DNA of 64,000 nt from Eledone cirrhosa (taxonomy: Eukaryota): contig OZ024750.1 in assembly GCA_964016885.1 (NCBI GenBank), forward strand, positions 32,798,001-32,862,000, written 5' to 3'. A program made the position numbers and the translations under genes. Below are positions 38,240 through 52,080 of this stretch, piece by piece. The notes beneath the pieces are model-generated. The model was not told the origin of the DNA. It saw nothing but the letters and a program-made list of their open reading frames with translations, and did not search any database. Position 1 is the stretch's first letter; each line of letters opens with the position of its first letter.

Positions 38240-38620
38240 TTATCATCATCATCACCATCATTTTTCATGTTTGTATAGGTTTGACAGGGCCTTTCCAGCA
38301 TAGCAAATCTCCACTCCTCTCGGCCCTTCTTCAATCTGGTTTGAGATTCAGTGATTTGAGACAACTATTTCCCAGGTCTTCATTGGCCTTCCTCTACTCT
38401 TGCTCCCTTTCCACTGATATTTCTTGGTAATACTTCAGCCAATGATCATCATTCCTACATATCACATGTCCATACCAGCACAGTCTCCACTCCTGCACAC
38501 TACTTCTGATTCATCATAAATCCAGCATCTCTCATTCAGCTCACCTCTACTTTGCCTTTCACACACACATTAATATTGGACATTCATCGGAACGTCTTGC
38601 TTTATTCCTCTCCAGTCTAG
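38240..38620 (-). mobile_element. old RTE 3' fragment
   Basis: Minus strand RLCWYGHV and RPMKTW motifs, (TGA)n tail. Confidence 0.65.
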
Positions 38621-38806
38621 TCTGAAGAATTATGCTATGATTGCATGTGTCTGTGGAATGCTCAGTCCCTTACACATTAATTTCATGAGCAAGCTGTTCT
38701 GTTGATTGAACTAAATTAGTGCATGAGCTGCCAAATTTTTATTATTCACCTTAGAATTTATTACTTTTTTTCATTAGTCTAATATAAATATTTTTATGTT
38801 ACATTT

Positions 38807-39663
38807 TTACCATATATTCTCAAATATTAGTTGATCTGAATATAAGTCTATCCTCTATTTAGTGTCTGAGAAATAGGCAAAAAATCCAAACCCCATTTCT
38901 AAACTGAAGCAGCTAATCAACACATTATGCTTAGATGGTGTGGTTTTGAAATTCTCATGAGTGAAGAAAATATTTATGAAGTTCTAATATTTTGATATCT
39001 AAAATGTTTTAAGTGTCTGTTCACCTAGAGATGAAAATCCTTCCAGAGACTGCGACCATTGCCTTTCTTCCCCACCATCACCACCAACCTAATCACACTT
39101 TGATATTGATTTTAATTTTACTTTAAATGTTTTAAGTGCCATTTAGAGTATAGTTTTTGTTTCACAACTCCATTACATAATGAATATTTTTACCAATTTC
39201 CAACCACTATGAAGGCCATATTCATTCAAAACATAAAAAAAAAAACAATAGGAAAGACGAATTTCACATCCAAAGTGAAAACTATGTAATATGCACCGTC
39301 AGGCTGAAACCAGTGTAATATTCACCTCCAAAACAGAAATATTTCAGCACCTCATTTACTTTGAAGTTGGTGAAAATTGGCAAAATATTTTCCTCCCATT
39401 TTACCATAGATTTTTTTATCACATACCATTTATATTTGAATATAAGCCAAGGAATATGTGACCAAAATAAATCGATGGTAAAATGTGAGGTTGGCTTATA
39501 TTTGCCATCTAAACAGTGTGTTGATTAGCTGCCTCAGTTTATAAATGAGGTTTGGATTTTTGCCCATTTCTCAGACATAAAAGAAGGAGTAGACTAAGAT
39601 TCAAATTGACTTGTATTCAAGTATAAACAATATTTCTTGGCTTATATATAAGTATATACAGTA
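38807..39663. mobile_element. decayed long-TIR DNA transposon(s), Tc2/pogo-like termini
   Basis: 38860-38940 is inverted relative to 39503-39578; the ends resemble TACCGTATATACTCGAATATAAG. Confidence 0.6.
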
Positions 39664-40689
39664 CATGTCTTTTATGTATTAAATATTGAAGCTAGATATA
39701 CATTAGTGTTGATCTGTGATACCTGGAACTTCCTAACTGAATTAGATATTATTGTTATTACAATTACTGCTGGTTTTATTTAGATATTCAATAGCTTTTG
39801 ATTATGATTAATTGATATTATATATAGAGTTTATTGGGAGTAGTTTTGAATCCTATCACAGAAAGCTTAAGTAGTATCTTTTACTTTAGAATTTACTGTT
39901 ATTTTTCATCATTATCTCAATTAAAATATTTTACATATTACAGAAGTTTATGTATTACTTCTTGAAATATTGTAATGTTTATCAATAATCTTTTTGGAAT
40001 TTTATTTCATTATTTTAAAAGATTTTAAAATAACTTTCATGGGAAATATTTCTGATGTTTATTGATATAAAATAATTTTTTTGTAGAGTCCACTTATCAT
40101 TTTTCTGAGTTTTAATTAATCTAATTCTCTTTAATTATTGTAATGATAGACACGATTGTTCTGAGGGGAATATATTACGAATTGGAATATTTGTTACTAA
40201 TATCATTTTCAGACTAATTTAAAATTATGTTGTTAAGGGTGAAGGCATGGAGCAAAGGTCATCTAACTTGCAGGATGTCTCACTGGTTGATCTTGTCTGT
40301 GAGTGTCATACCAGCTAAACCTCAGGCATGTACCTATAAACATATAACCCCAGCACACGTGGCAAGAACATATCCTTCTTCCCAACTGATTGATAGTTAA
40401 AGAGACACAAGACAATCCTACTACTTCCTACTTCTACTTACTTGACATCACTTGCCCTTCTACTTCTGACAAGACCCTGCCATCACATGATGTCACTGAC
40501 CCTTATACTTCCAAGAGGGCTCCCCCAGCCCTAAAAATTAAAATGTTAAAGTTTTCCCCAAGCCATCAGACTCATCAGGTGAATGTTTCAGTGCAACAGA
40601 AAGTTGTCTGTCAATCCAATATTTTGCATAACAATATTTTGACCAATAAGTCCTATGGAATGCAGTCATATGCACTTTTGGCAATATTC

Positions 40690-41040
40690 CTATGATTTCT
40701 CAAAGACCTATCACAGAGTGAAAGTTTGGACAGTTATGCTCTGTCTGGGGTAAGAACCACACTGTTCCTCAGCTAACCTGGACTCAATAATATCCCTACT
40801 TCTCTTTGCCAGAAACTTAACACCAACTTTACTAATGAGACTTAACAAGGAGATTCCTCTAAAATCAGAGCAATCTTTCTTGTTTCCTATTTTAAGAATG
40901 TGGTTATCACTCCTGATAGTGATTGTTTTTGTGGCTTTCCAGATCACACACATGCCAGCCAGAGCATACCTTCTCTATTTAAGGTTTTTTATGATCTCAG
41001 GCTCAATTTCATCTTCTTGCCACGTTAAAGTTCCTTCAGT
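40690..41040 (-). mobile_element. old RTE-like RT fragment
   Basis: KDCSDFRGISLLSLISKV...LAEEQCG. Confidence 0.7.
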
Positions 41041-41185
41041 ACTGATTTGTCTGTCAAGTCCCACCCAATCCTTGCTTACATGGAAAACAGATGTTAAATG
41101 ATTTTATATATACATGTGTGTGTGTGTGAGTGTGTGTGTGTGTGTGTGAGTATATGTGTGTGTGTGTGTGAGTGTGTGTGTGTGC

Positions 41186-41254
<69 letters not shown>

Positions 41255-41339
41255 CCATGTAAAAATAAACACAAGTAACAAAGCAAACAACACAATAAAG
41301 AAATATATTAGTTTAACGCTTGAAATAATAGGAAAAGAG

Positions 41340-41375
41340 TCATTACGTTTCGGACACCAGTCGTTTATCAGAAGA
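41340..41375 (-). ncRNA. decayed minimal hammerhead motif
   Basis: tctt-CTGATAA-acGACtggtGTCc-GAAA-CG-TA-atga. Confidence 0.5.
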
Positions 41376-41936
41376 TAGAATCAGAAATAAAAGATGAAGA
41401 AATAGAAAGTTAAAGGGTGAGAAAAGGAACCAAAAAAAAAGAAAGAATTGAGAAAAGACACGTGCATATTTAGTCAATGATTTTGTGTGTACTTAAGTTT
41501 ATATATATTTGTGTGTGTGACTCCTGGGTTCAATCAGAGTTAACCACAGTTAGTACTCAATATATTAATAGAGTGTAAACATCAAGTTTAATATAGAAAT
41601 GGCTTTTACAGGACAGAGTAGAACATTCATTCAAAAGAAATAAAACAGTTCTAATCCTGTAGAAACCATTTATATATATATATATATATCAGGGGTCCGG
41701 TGAGTAAACAACATTTATGCTTTCATATATTTTTATATCTGTATATCTGTTTGATCCGAAATAGGAGATCGAATGTTCGCTGTGTGGATAATTAGTTTAA
41801 CCACCATGTGTGTTTGGCCTTTAACGTAAGTTGTAAGCTCTAATTCTTTTGAATTATTGAGCGCTTGCCTCACAATTCGAAAGTGTTTTTTCGTTATTTC
41901 ATAGGCTGAAATTCGATTCTCGCTAATTTTTACTTG

Positions 41937-41959
<23 letters not shown>

Positions 41960-41967
<8 letters not shown>

Positions 41968-42667
41968 GGGAAGTTTTTTTACAAAATGGTAAAAAAAACG
42001 AGGTGTCCTACACGAGTGAAAGTATAAGGAAAAAAGATGAAATCAAAAATGCAACTGGAGTCTTTTTTTTTTAAATATATATTTATTTGGTTCCTTTACC
42101 AGTTTCGTAGTTCTTCTGCTTTTCAAAAGTAGAATTGAGATGGAGGGTTTGTGGTTTTTCTCATATTTGAAATGATAATGTTATTAAAAAATGAGAGGGA
42201 CAATTGTAATTTTGTAAATAAGTGTAAAAAATTTAAAAGAGTTGATAGGTGTTAAAAACGAAACGTTTAAAATTAAAATTAAAATCAAATGTTTGAATCG
42301 GGATGGAAGAAAATTTATTCAAACATTTGATTTTGATTTTAATTTTAAACCTTTCTTTTTTAACTCCTATCAACTCTTTTTAATTTTTTGCACTCAACAT
42401 TTGACAAGATGGATTTTAATAACACATCGAAACCGGTAATTTCTTCATGTACTTTATATACATCATAAACATTTGTTTAAAAAAGAATTGTCCCTCTCAT
42501 TTTTTAATAACATTATCTTTTTAATAACATTATCTTTTCAATAATGTCACTTTGACGAATCAAAAAAGAAAAACAGACCCTTAAATATATCTTCCATGCT
42601 ATTCCCAACTTCATCTTTTCTCTATATCCACTATTTTGTATAGAATCCTTACTTCCCTTTTCTAATA
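41960..42667. mobile_element. large imperfect fold-back insert in (TA)n with decayed hammerhead motifs
   Basis: Termini TATTAGAAAGGGAAGT / ACTTCCCTTTTCTAATA; inner arms 42176-42298 vs 42317-42518; GAAACTGGTA (minus, 42094-42129) and GAAACCGGTA (42429-42438). Confidence 0.65.
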
Positions 42668-42728
42668 TATATATATATATATACATACATTGAGAAATAA
42701 GCCAAACACTGCTAATAAGATCATATTT

Positions 42729-42788
42729 TAATTTACATGTGTTTCATCCTTAACATTAAGATCATAATATTAGCACTCATCAGAATTA
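42729..42788 (-). ncRNA. type I hammerhead motif, intact core
   Basis: TAATT-CTGATGA-gtgctaatatta..taatgttaaggat-GAAA-CACATG-TA-AATTA; GUA triplet. Confidence 0.72.
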
Positions 42789-43344
42789 CATAAGATATAG
42801 TTGTCATAAATATGACATTATGTACAAAAAATATATAACATACCGGTGTGTTTTTTTTTCTCAACATGAAATCATAATCTTTCATAGTAGGATTTCATAC
42901 TTTTCTATAAAATTGTGTGTAGCCTTGTGTATGTAAAAAATCCTATATTTTTCAGCTGTATAACTTCTTCACTTCTAATTATTTGCTTTCGTATTTGAAA
43001 TCATATTACTTTATACAATATATCTGTGTGTGTGTGCATAGCATACATATATATACATACACACACACATATAAATATATATATCATTCCACTGCTAAAT
43101 CTAAATTTCATGACGATCACTTGTCTATATAACATAAGTATTAAATTACCTTATGACAGTATTCACTACTCTTCATGTCTCAGTTAACATTGAATATATA
43201 CATAAAAACACAGATATTATATCTTGTGATTATTAATTATATTTATTTCCTGAACTAAATTGTCATGGTGAGCAATTGAAATTGATTTACTAATAGTTTT
43301 ACTCAGAGATTTAGTGGTTATAGTTTTCTACAGATCCTTCCTCC

Positions 43345-44185
43345 TCATCATCATCATCATCAGTATCAACACCATTTTATGTCTATTGTTCCGTGCTTGC
43401 ATGGGTTAGCTGGGCCCTTTTCAGTAAGGCATCTCTCCACTTTTCACATTCGTTTGTCATCGTTTCTGTGATTTTCAGTGATTTGTGATCAGCTCTCAAC
43501 ACTTCTATTCAGGTTTCCCTTCTATATGATGTTTAAAGTTTAAACATCATTAACTGTTTGACACTTGCATGGGTTAGACAGGTCCTTTTCAGTACAACAT
43601 CACTCCACTTGTCACATTCCTTTGTCATCTGTTCCATGATCTTTAGTAATCTGAGGTCAGCTCTCACCACATCTATCCAAGGCTTCCTTCTATATGATGT
43701 TTAAAGTTAAAACATATTTTATGTCTGTTGATCCACACTTGCATGGGTTGGACAAGTCCTTCTCAATACAACATCTCTCCACTTGTCACATTCCTTTGTC
43801 ATCTGTTCCATGATCTTTAGTAATCTGAGGTCAGCTCTCACCACATCTATCCAAGGCTTCCTTCTATATGATGTTTAAAGTTAAAACATATTTTATGTCT
43901 GTTGATCCACACTTGCATGGGTTGGACAAGTCCTTCTCAATACAACATCTCTCCACTTGTCACATTCCTTTGTCATCTGTTCCATGATCTTTAGTAATCT
44001 GAGGTCAGCTCTCACCACATCTATCCAAGGCTTCCTTCTATATGATGTTTAAAGTTAAAACATATTTTATGTCTGTTGATCCACACTTGCATGGGTTGGA
44101 CAAGTCCTTCTCAATACAACATCTCTCCACTTGTCATGTTCTTTTGTTAACTCCTCAATCTTTCTTCTATATGATATTTAAAATT
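43345..44185 (-). repeat. 174-bp tandem repeat built from an RTE 3' end
   Basis: ATCCACACTTGCATGGG at 43731, 43905 and 44079; contains the CCCATGCAAG tail motif on the minus strand. Confidence 0.88.
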
Positions 44186-44486
44186 AAAACAATATCAATA
44201 TGTTTCTCTGAATTAATATGGTCCCGTAACTGCTGTAGTAGCATACCTGGTAGAACCCATCCCTCCCCAGACCTGAATATAGCAGATTTCTTCCAGAGAA
44301 GGATAGAAAGTGAAAGAGATACACATGGAGTGAGTGACCTTACCCTTGGATATTTCTACCAAAGCTTTACTACAGTGTATATATATATATATATATAACA
44401 AAGAAGGTGTGGTAAGATACCATGTAGACTATAATGGAACTCAGCCGTCGGGGTCCTGACTCTTTTCCTGTATATATATATATAAG

Positions 44487-44670
44487 TATGTATACGTACA
44501 TACATATATGTATACAGACGTACAGTGGTATAAATATATATATACATCCATGCACACATATATATATATGTACGTATGGATATATATATATATATGTGTG
44601 CATGTATGTATATATATATACATACCACTGTACGTCTGTATACATATATGTATGTACGTATACATACATA
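44487..44670. repeat. fold-back of a degenerate TA/CA tract
   Basis: ATACAGACGTACAGTGGTAT ... ATACCACTGTACGTCTGTAT, ~85-bp arms. Confidence 0.82.
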
Positions 44671-45162
44671 TATTTAAGTAACAGCCGTACTAAGAGTGAG
44701 AAATGAAATTTCGTTTCATTTTTTCCCGTTTACATATATATAGCGAAATGACTGAAGGCTGTCTATTGTAGCGGTCGCATTGAGTTACAGTTCACACCAG
44801 TTTGAGGCCTAGAACAAAATACCTGTCGATGAAGTGAATCCCCTGTTCGATCATAGAATACCACAAGCTTATGTGTTATGTAAGTTCGATTGATGATTTC
44901 GGATTCATAGAATCATATCGGACGTATTGCAGAATATCGTTAGATTTGTCCAGGTCTGTTGTCTGACCTGATTAGTTTTTTCGTTGTTTTAGTATTGTAT
45001 GGTTTGGTTTTGCCTGCCGTAATTTTCAATTTGTCAAGCTATCTAAACGTAATGTTATTAATCTCAGGACCTACCCTTATTGAGTGCTGTGCTACTCATT
45101 TCTAATTGTAGGTCGACTTTGCTTGGCTGCAGCCAAAGCTTCGATTATACTAAGCTTTCACT

Positions 45163-45198
<36 letters not shown>

Positions 45199-45312
45199 TT
45201 GATTAAAATAGCAGATTAAATATTTGCTCTAGGGTTCTTCTATATTTGATATATATTTATCCTTATCGTGCCCTCTTCGGATTTTAGTCTTCACATTTAT
45301 TATTATTATTAC

Positions 45313-45490
45313 TGGCAGTATCGGTAGAGAGTCGGACGCCATGCTTTCCAGCACAGTTACGTCCCTTTACGGTCTGAGTTCAAATCCCACCGAGGTTAAC
45401 TTTGCCTTTCATCCTTACGGGGTCGATAAAATAACGTACCAGTAATGCACTGGGTATTTGCTGGCCTTGCGCCAAAAGTAGAAACAATCA
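45313..45490 (+). mobile_element. SINE family A
   Basis: Matches the family consensus. Confidence 0.88.
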
Positions 45491-45506
45491 TTACTATATA
45501 TATATA

Positions 45507-46312
45507 CTAGCATTAAAGCCCGGCGTTGGGCGGGGTCATTAAGTTACCAAAGTTAGGTTGCACCACCCATTTTATAGCAGCACTTTTTTGTCTGCCAGGC
45601 ACTGGGTGAATGAATTGCAGACCTGGAAGCATAAGCTGCGCCAGCAGTGACAATTGTAGTTTCGCCTATGGATATTATCTCTGTGCAAAAAAGTGTTGAA
45701 ATTTATTGTTTCACAGTACTTACGCAACACGCGCGTAGACGATGCCAGCCGAACAACAGAGCTGCGATGGAGTTGTTCTGCATGGTTGTCTGTGTGTTTT
45801 CTAAATTTAAGACAGTAAGGAGGGTTGTGATATGAGGGAGAGTTAGCTGTTGTTTCTAGCAGGTTTAGTGACCTCATAGAGGATATGTGTTTTCTAAATT
45901 TAAGACAGTGGGGAGGGGTGTGATATGGGGGAGAGTTAGCTGCTGTTTCTAGCAGGTTTAGTAACCTCATAGAGGATATGTGTTTTCTAAATTTAAGACA
46001 GTAGGGAGTGGTGTGAATAGACAGTATCACCATCAAGCTTTGAAAGAGAAAGTAGCAGAAAGTATGAAGTTGTATAGATTTTGAATGGTAGTAGAAAGAG
46101 TTCAGCAGTTTAAATGAGAGAGAAAAATCGTAAAATATTGAGTTTTATCTATTTTTTGCGTAATTGTGGGTGAAATTGAAAAAATGATTTGCGTCAAGAC
46201 GCAATCGAAGCTATTTCGAATACTGAATTGTAAATTTCAATTGAAGAAATTCTATATCGTAGATTTCTATAACGTAGGAGCATGACCACACACTGAGCTT
46301 TATAGATTATGA
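45507..46312 (-). mobile_element. non-autonomous Helitron with internal 93-bp repeat
   Basis: Minus strand A|TC start, CCCG-CCCAACGC-CGGG hairpin about 8 nt before CTAG|T end, no TSD; 93-bp repeats at ~45795-46015. Confidence 0.75.
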
Positions 46313-48164
46313 TATACAGTATATATATATATATATATATACATGTACATACACATTATTTTAACCTTTCTATAACTATATTTTTAATCTAAGTTTTGGT
46401 GATTTTAATAAAATAGCTGTAACTTTATATTTAGTTTTATATTATGTTCTTGTTTACTCACCAAGTTCAAATACCATTTATATTATAATGAGATTTTGAT
46501 GAAGATACTTAATACTAATTTAAATATGAATACTTTATAGAATAGGCAGTCTCAGGCGAGTTGGTATTAAAATGGTTAATGCAGTCTTTCACCCTATATA
46601 TATATAGCTGTGTGTGTTTGTATGTGTATATCTCTGTGTGTGTGCATGCGTGTGTAAGTAGGTGTATATCTGTCTGTGTGTCTGTGTCTGGGCATGTGTG
46701 CAAATGCATCTAAACTCAGACACACACACACACATACATACATACACAGACAGAAACAGATACACACACAGACACAGATACTTACACATACACACAGATG
46801 AATATTATATAGCCAAATCAATTTTGCTGCATCAACAAATAAATAAATAAATAAATCGCAGAGAAAACAGACATTAACCAATGGTAATGGTGATGGTGGT
46901 TGTGATGATGATGATGATGATGAGGATGAGGTGGATTTTGTTGATGATGATGATGATGATGACGACGATGATGGTGATGGTGATGATGGTGGTGATGATG
47001 ATGAAAGTAATGGAAAAATACAGTTGGGAATACACAAACACAAACAAACTCCTCTCTCACAAAAAAATATAGTTCTATAGCAGGAGCAATATCTGCAGCA
47101 AGAATAATATATATATATATATATATATAAACAAATATATACAATGTCTTCTAAATATATTTGATTCAATTATTTATACAGTTAATGGCAGTGGATTGGC
47201 AGTAATTGGTAGAGTATTGGACACCATGTTTTGCAACATAGAGTTATGGCCCTTTGTGGTCTGAGTTCAAATCCCACAGGGGTTAGCTTTGCCTTTCATC
47301 CTTACAGGGTCGATAAAATAGAGTACTGGTAGAACACTGGGGTCAATTTAATAGACTCCCCCCCAAAAAAAATTGTTGACCTTGTGCCTAAATCAGAAAC
47401 CCTTATTTATGCAGTTAAGGTGAGTGGATTGACAGCAATTTGTAGGGCATCGGACAACATACTTTGATGCATTTTTAAAGAAGGTCCGAGTATGTTCGAT
47501 AAGAAAATTAAAATATAGTTATTGAGTAGAGACGCAATATGGTTAAATGGATAATTATTTTAAATTTATAGCTGATATTTCATTTTATTTCTATAACCTA
47601 TCAAGTTAGTGTCAGCTGTAAACTAGCTTCTTATCCAGGGGTTGAGTTATTTGTTATTTGCATGTTAAATAACTATTGATTCTTAGTATTTGGCTGAGGG
47701 AACTCTTGTCAAAATATCATAATGTTATTAAGGGAGATAATCAGTGGTGGTAGTGGTGCTCATCAGTGGAGAAAGAGTAAAGGATGTGTGTCAAAAGGAA
47801 CATGCTTTGATGTTCTCTAACTAAAATCAAGGTTTGTTCAAATAGCTGAACAATATGTTAGATGATCAAATAACTCATTTTATCATAATTACAATCTACA
47901 TCTATCTTATCACATTTTCTTTTGGTGATAATTTCTGAAAACACCTTAATTTGAAAATAATTGAGTTTGTTGATGGAGATTTGTCAGTCAAATTGAGGAA
48001 GTTGAACAGCCATGAAAATGCTTTCTTGAATACAGTTCATTAGAGTTGATTCAAATGAATATATAGTTAATCTTAGTGAGAACTGTGAATAGCCATCATG
48101 AATAGAATATCAGATGACCAGTTCTTGACCTATCAGCAACATATATCTATAAGTATTTATTTAA

Positions 48165-48372
48165 CCCTTTAGCATTTACATTACTCTGAATTTACTATTG
48201 TATTTTCATGGTAAAGTCTTTATCCCACATAATATCGAATCTATAAGATTTTGTTATTATGTATTTTGAGAACAATATCTTAAAGTCTGTATGAGGGGCC
48301 AGTTATGGTCGGTTTGAACAGAAAGAGGTGAGAGAATTCTGGCCAGATATAGCCAGTTTAAATGCTAAAAGG
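48165..48372 (+). mobile_element. piggyBac-like MITE
   Basis: TIRs and TTAA TSD. Confidence 0.85.
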
Positions 48373-49222
48373 TTAATTCCCAATTTCTATTATGGTTTAA
48401 GAATATATTTTATGATGAACTGGCTCAAAGTTCTAAAACCAATCTACTGTAAAATTGAGAATAAGATCAGTAAGCAGTGTTGACTTAGGGATTTTCAGTG
48501 GACTTAATAACAGAGAAGTATGAACAGGTCTCATGTTTTATTTCTCTGACATCCACTTCCAAGCTGACACAAAATGAAAGAACTACATATATCTTCCTTA
48601 GAAAAATGAGAGATCAGTTCTCACTGTTACCGGTTATTAGTAGTCACAGTAAGAAGGAAGTTATTTACAAGCTATAATACTATTGTGGGAAGCAACTTAT
48701 GGTGAGATGCAGTAGAAGACCTACTCAAACTTTCATCAATCAACTCTCAGACAATACAAACCTCAATAAAGAGCAGTTACCAGGGCCAATGGAAAATCAT
48801 GAATTGTGGAAAGATTTTGTCAGGAATGTTCAATTGTGGGTGCAATGATAATGATGTAGTCACAAAAAATATATTGCTTATGAAATAAAAATGAAATTCT
48901 TCAGTCATGCCACATTACTGCTGTTGTAAAGACTTGAACTTGTAAATTTATAAGTTTATTGAATTTTTTTTTTCTGTATTGAAACAGTTGATAAATCAAT
49001 ATGTGAAATTAAAGTGGTACTTACAAGTACTTGGATGTAGAATATCCTGAACAATGGCTATAAATTAAGGCTGTCGATCTCTTAGAATGTAAATGAAATT
49101 AACTCTATGTCCAGAGTTACTTGTTCTCAAGTAGGCTATGTGAGTCAACAGATTTCAATCACACTATTCTACACTGGAAAGAATAATATATTATTAGCGT
49201 TGTTACTATTATTATTATTGTA

Positions 49223-49260
<38 letters not shown>

Positions 49261-49639
49261 CTATAGTCAAACGGTTGCCATATTTCATTAAAGTTTTCAA
49301 GCAGCTTGTAGTTTAGGCTATTTAACCAAACAGTGCAACACCTGACAAGTTACCACTAGAAATGCAAATAATGACATTGTGAATCCTGCATACTACAAGT
49401 CTTTATATTTGCAAAATTGCAGCTGAGCTTTCTGGTCATTTATCAGGTATATGTCTACCAATGTTTAACAAGTTTGTGGAATCTTTCTAGTCACCATTTC
49501 TCAACTAAGATATGAGCTCTGTAATTATCTCTCATGTTGAAAAATAACTTCCATATTTGCAGCCCATGTTGCTACAAATTTCACACAATGTTTTTATAAC
49601 ATTAAACAAACAAAATTCCTCTTGAAATTCTTTCACCCC

Positions 49640-49960
49640 TTACCATTTCATCCATAGTTTTCAAGGGCAGATATTCGGGATTTCCATTAGTAAATTAAAT
49701 CTAGCACCTATCCTCACCAAATACTCCAATCATTTTATCTCTCCTGAAATAAATCTACAAAACGATCTTAAGATCATCCTCTGATTCTGCCAACTACTGG
49801 CAGATCACTCTTAGTTTAACAGCTCAGGGATCATTGAAACAGTTACCCCTTCATCATCTTGAGTCAGGACACTTAAACCAGATATAATAATTGTTGCATT
49901 TATGCTGAGCAAAGTTTTTGACTGTATCAAGCATGATAATGTAACACATTTCCCCATCTG
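49640..49960 (+). mobile_element. highly decayed LINE RT fragment (CR1/L2/Jockey-like)
   Basis: VAFMLSKVFDCIKH resembles the RT motif DLSKAFD. Confidence 0.4.
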
Positions 49961-49984
49961 TTTAATCTGTCATCAGAATATAGT

Positions 49985-50275
49985 TCAGTTCAGTAAGAAT
50001 CTGGTTCAATTCAACATTATGTTATCTAGCAGCTCGGTTCAGTGAGAATCTGGCTCAATTCAACATTATGTTATCTAACAGCTCAGTTCACTGAGAATCT
50101 GGTTCAATTCAACATTATGTTATCTAACAGCTCAGTTCAGTAAGAATCTGGCTCAATTCAACATTATGTTATCTAGCAGCTCAGTTCAGTAAGAATCTGG
50201 CTCAATTCAACATTATGTTATCTAGCAGCTCAGTTCAGTGAGAATCTGGTTCAATTCAACACCTATGTTATCTGA
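49985..50275. repeat. 49-bp minisatellite x6
   Basis: GAATCTGG at 49997, 50046 and onward. Confidence 0.92.
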
Positions 50276-50549
50276 CATCAGAATGTAGCTCAGTCTATGA
50301 TTGATGGTGTCTGGCATAAGAAGACTTTATATATAGGATGTAGGGTACAGAATAATCTTGTAAGTGTTTAGGGCCTCAAGGGAACTTAATTCAACCCTTT
50401 ATCTATAACACTGTCAAATTTATTTCACAATTTTAATAATAATAAATTGTTTGTTGAAGACGTTCAGCTTTTCTTCATGTAGTATAGATCTATTTATATT
50501 GTGTTGATCTGTTCCATTGTTGTGGCAGTTTCATGTTGTTGAGTGTTTT

Positions 50550-50820
50550 TGATTTGTTTGTGGTTTGAGTTGATCTGGAGATGGGTTTTGTAAGTGGTAT
50601 GAGTTGATCTGGAGATGGGTTTTGTTTGTGATTTGAGTTGATCTGGAGATGGGTTTTGTTTGTGGTTTGAGTTGATCTGGAGATGGGTTTTGTAAGTGGT
50701 TTGAGTTGATTTAAAGATGGGTTTTGTATGTGGTTTGAATTGATCTAGAGATGGATTTTGTATGTGGTTGATAAAGAGATGAGTTTTGTATGTGGTTTGA
50801 GTTGAGCTAGAGATGGGTTT
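50550..50820. repeat. ~34-bp minisatellite
   Basis: TGGTTTGAGTTGATCTGGAGATGGGTTTTG recurs. Confidence 0.9.
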
Positions 50821-51534
50821 CTCCATAGATCCATTCCATGTAATTGGATGGCTTGGGTTAAATATTTCATTAGTATGGTTAGTGAAGACTTTCTATGCTT
50901 CCTTTTCTGTTTGTTGATTCAATTTCTTCAATTGTATTTTTAGAATCTGTATTGCATTTGTATGTTTGTGGCCATCTTTTTTGTCTGGTTGCTGTTGTTG
51001 CTGCTTTTTAGCACCAGTTCAGTTCCAGTTGACATGACCTTCCTATCATTTTCCTATCTACAGGGCAATGTTATTCAATGTCTTTTGTAAAGATGGTAGT
51101 TTGTGATTTGGGGGAAATTTGGCTGATATTTATAGCAGGTCAAGTGACTCTATAAATGTTCCCACAAAGGCCAGTTGTCTCGTGTGATGGTTTAGGCATG
51201 TGAACAACAGTTAGGATGTTGCATTTACGATCATAATATTGTTGGTTCAAATCCTGGACAGGGTACAGCATTGTGTTCTTGAGAAAACACTTTATTTCAC
51301 ATTGCTCTGCTCCAGTACATTTAGCTGAGAGGGAGTACCAGTAGTAAATGGGGAGTTAAGCCTGTGATAGACCAGCATCCTGTCCAGGGAAAAGCTTCTA
51401 CTCTCAGTTGCTTATCACTATGGAAACTAAGAATAAGTACCAGCTTCATGAGCCTTCAGTTTAGAACATCATCATCATCGTTTAACGTCCGTGTTCCACG
51501 CTTGCATATTTTAACTAACTAAGAGAAGGATTTA

Positions 51535-52080
51535 TGAGTGTTTGACAGGATGTGTATATATGAGTATATATATATACGTGTTTGGCAGGAATGTATGTAT
51601 GAGTATATATATATATAAGTGTTTGGCAGGAATGTATACATAAGTGTATATATGAGTGTATATATAAGTGTTTGGCAGGAATGTATACATAAGTGTATAT
51701 ATGAGTGTATATATAAGTGTTTGGCAGGAATGTATACATAAGTGTATATATGAGTGTATATATAAGTGTTTGGCAGGAATATATAGATAAGTGTATATAT
51801 GAGTGTATATATAAGTGTTTGGCAGGAATGTATACATAAGTGTATATATGAGTGTATATATAAGTGTTTGGCAGGAATGTATAAATAAGTGTATATATGA
51901 GTGTATATATAAGTGTTTGGCAGGAATGTATACATAAGTGTATATATAAGTGTACATATAAGTGTTTGGCAGGAATGTATACATTAGTGTATATATGAGT
52001 GTATATATGTGTTTAACAGGATGTGTATACATTAGTGTTTGACAGGATATGTTAACGTGACTGTATATATGAGTGTATAG
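51535..52080. repeat. 49-bp minisatellite (~10 units)
   Basis: TTGGCAGGAATG at 49-bp period. Confidence 0.92.
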
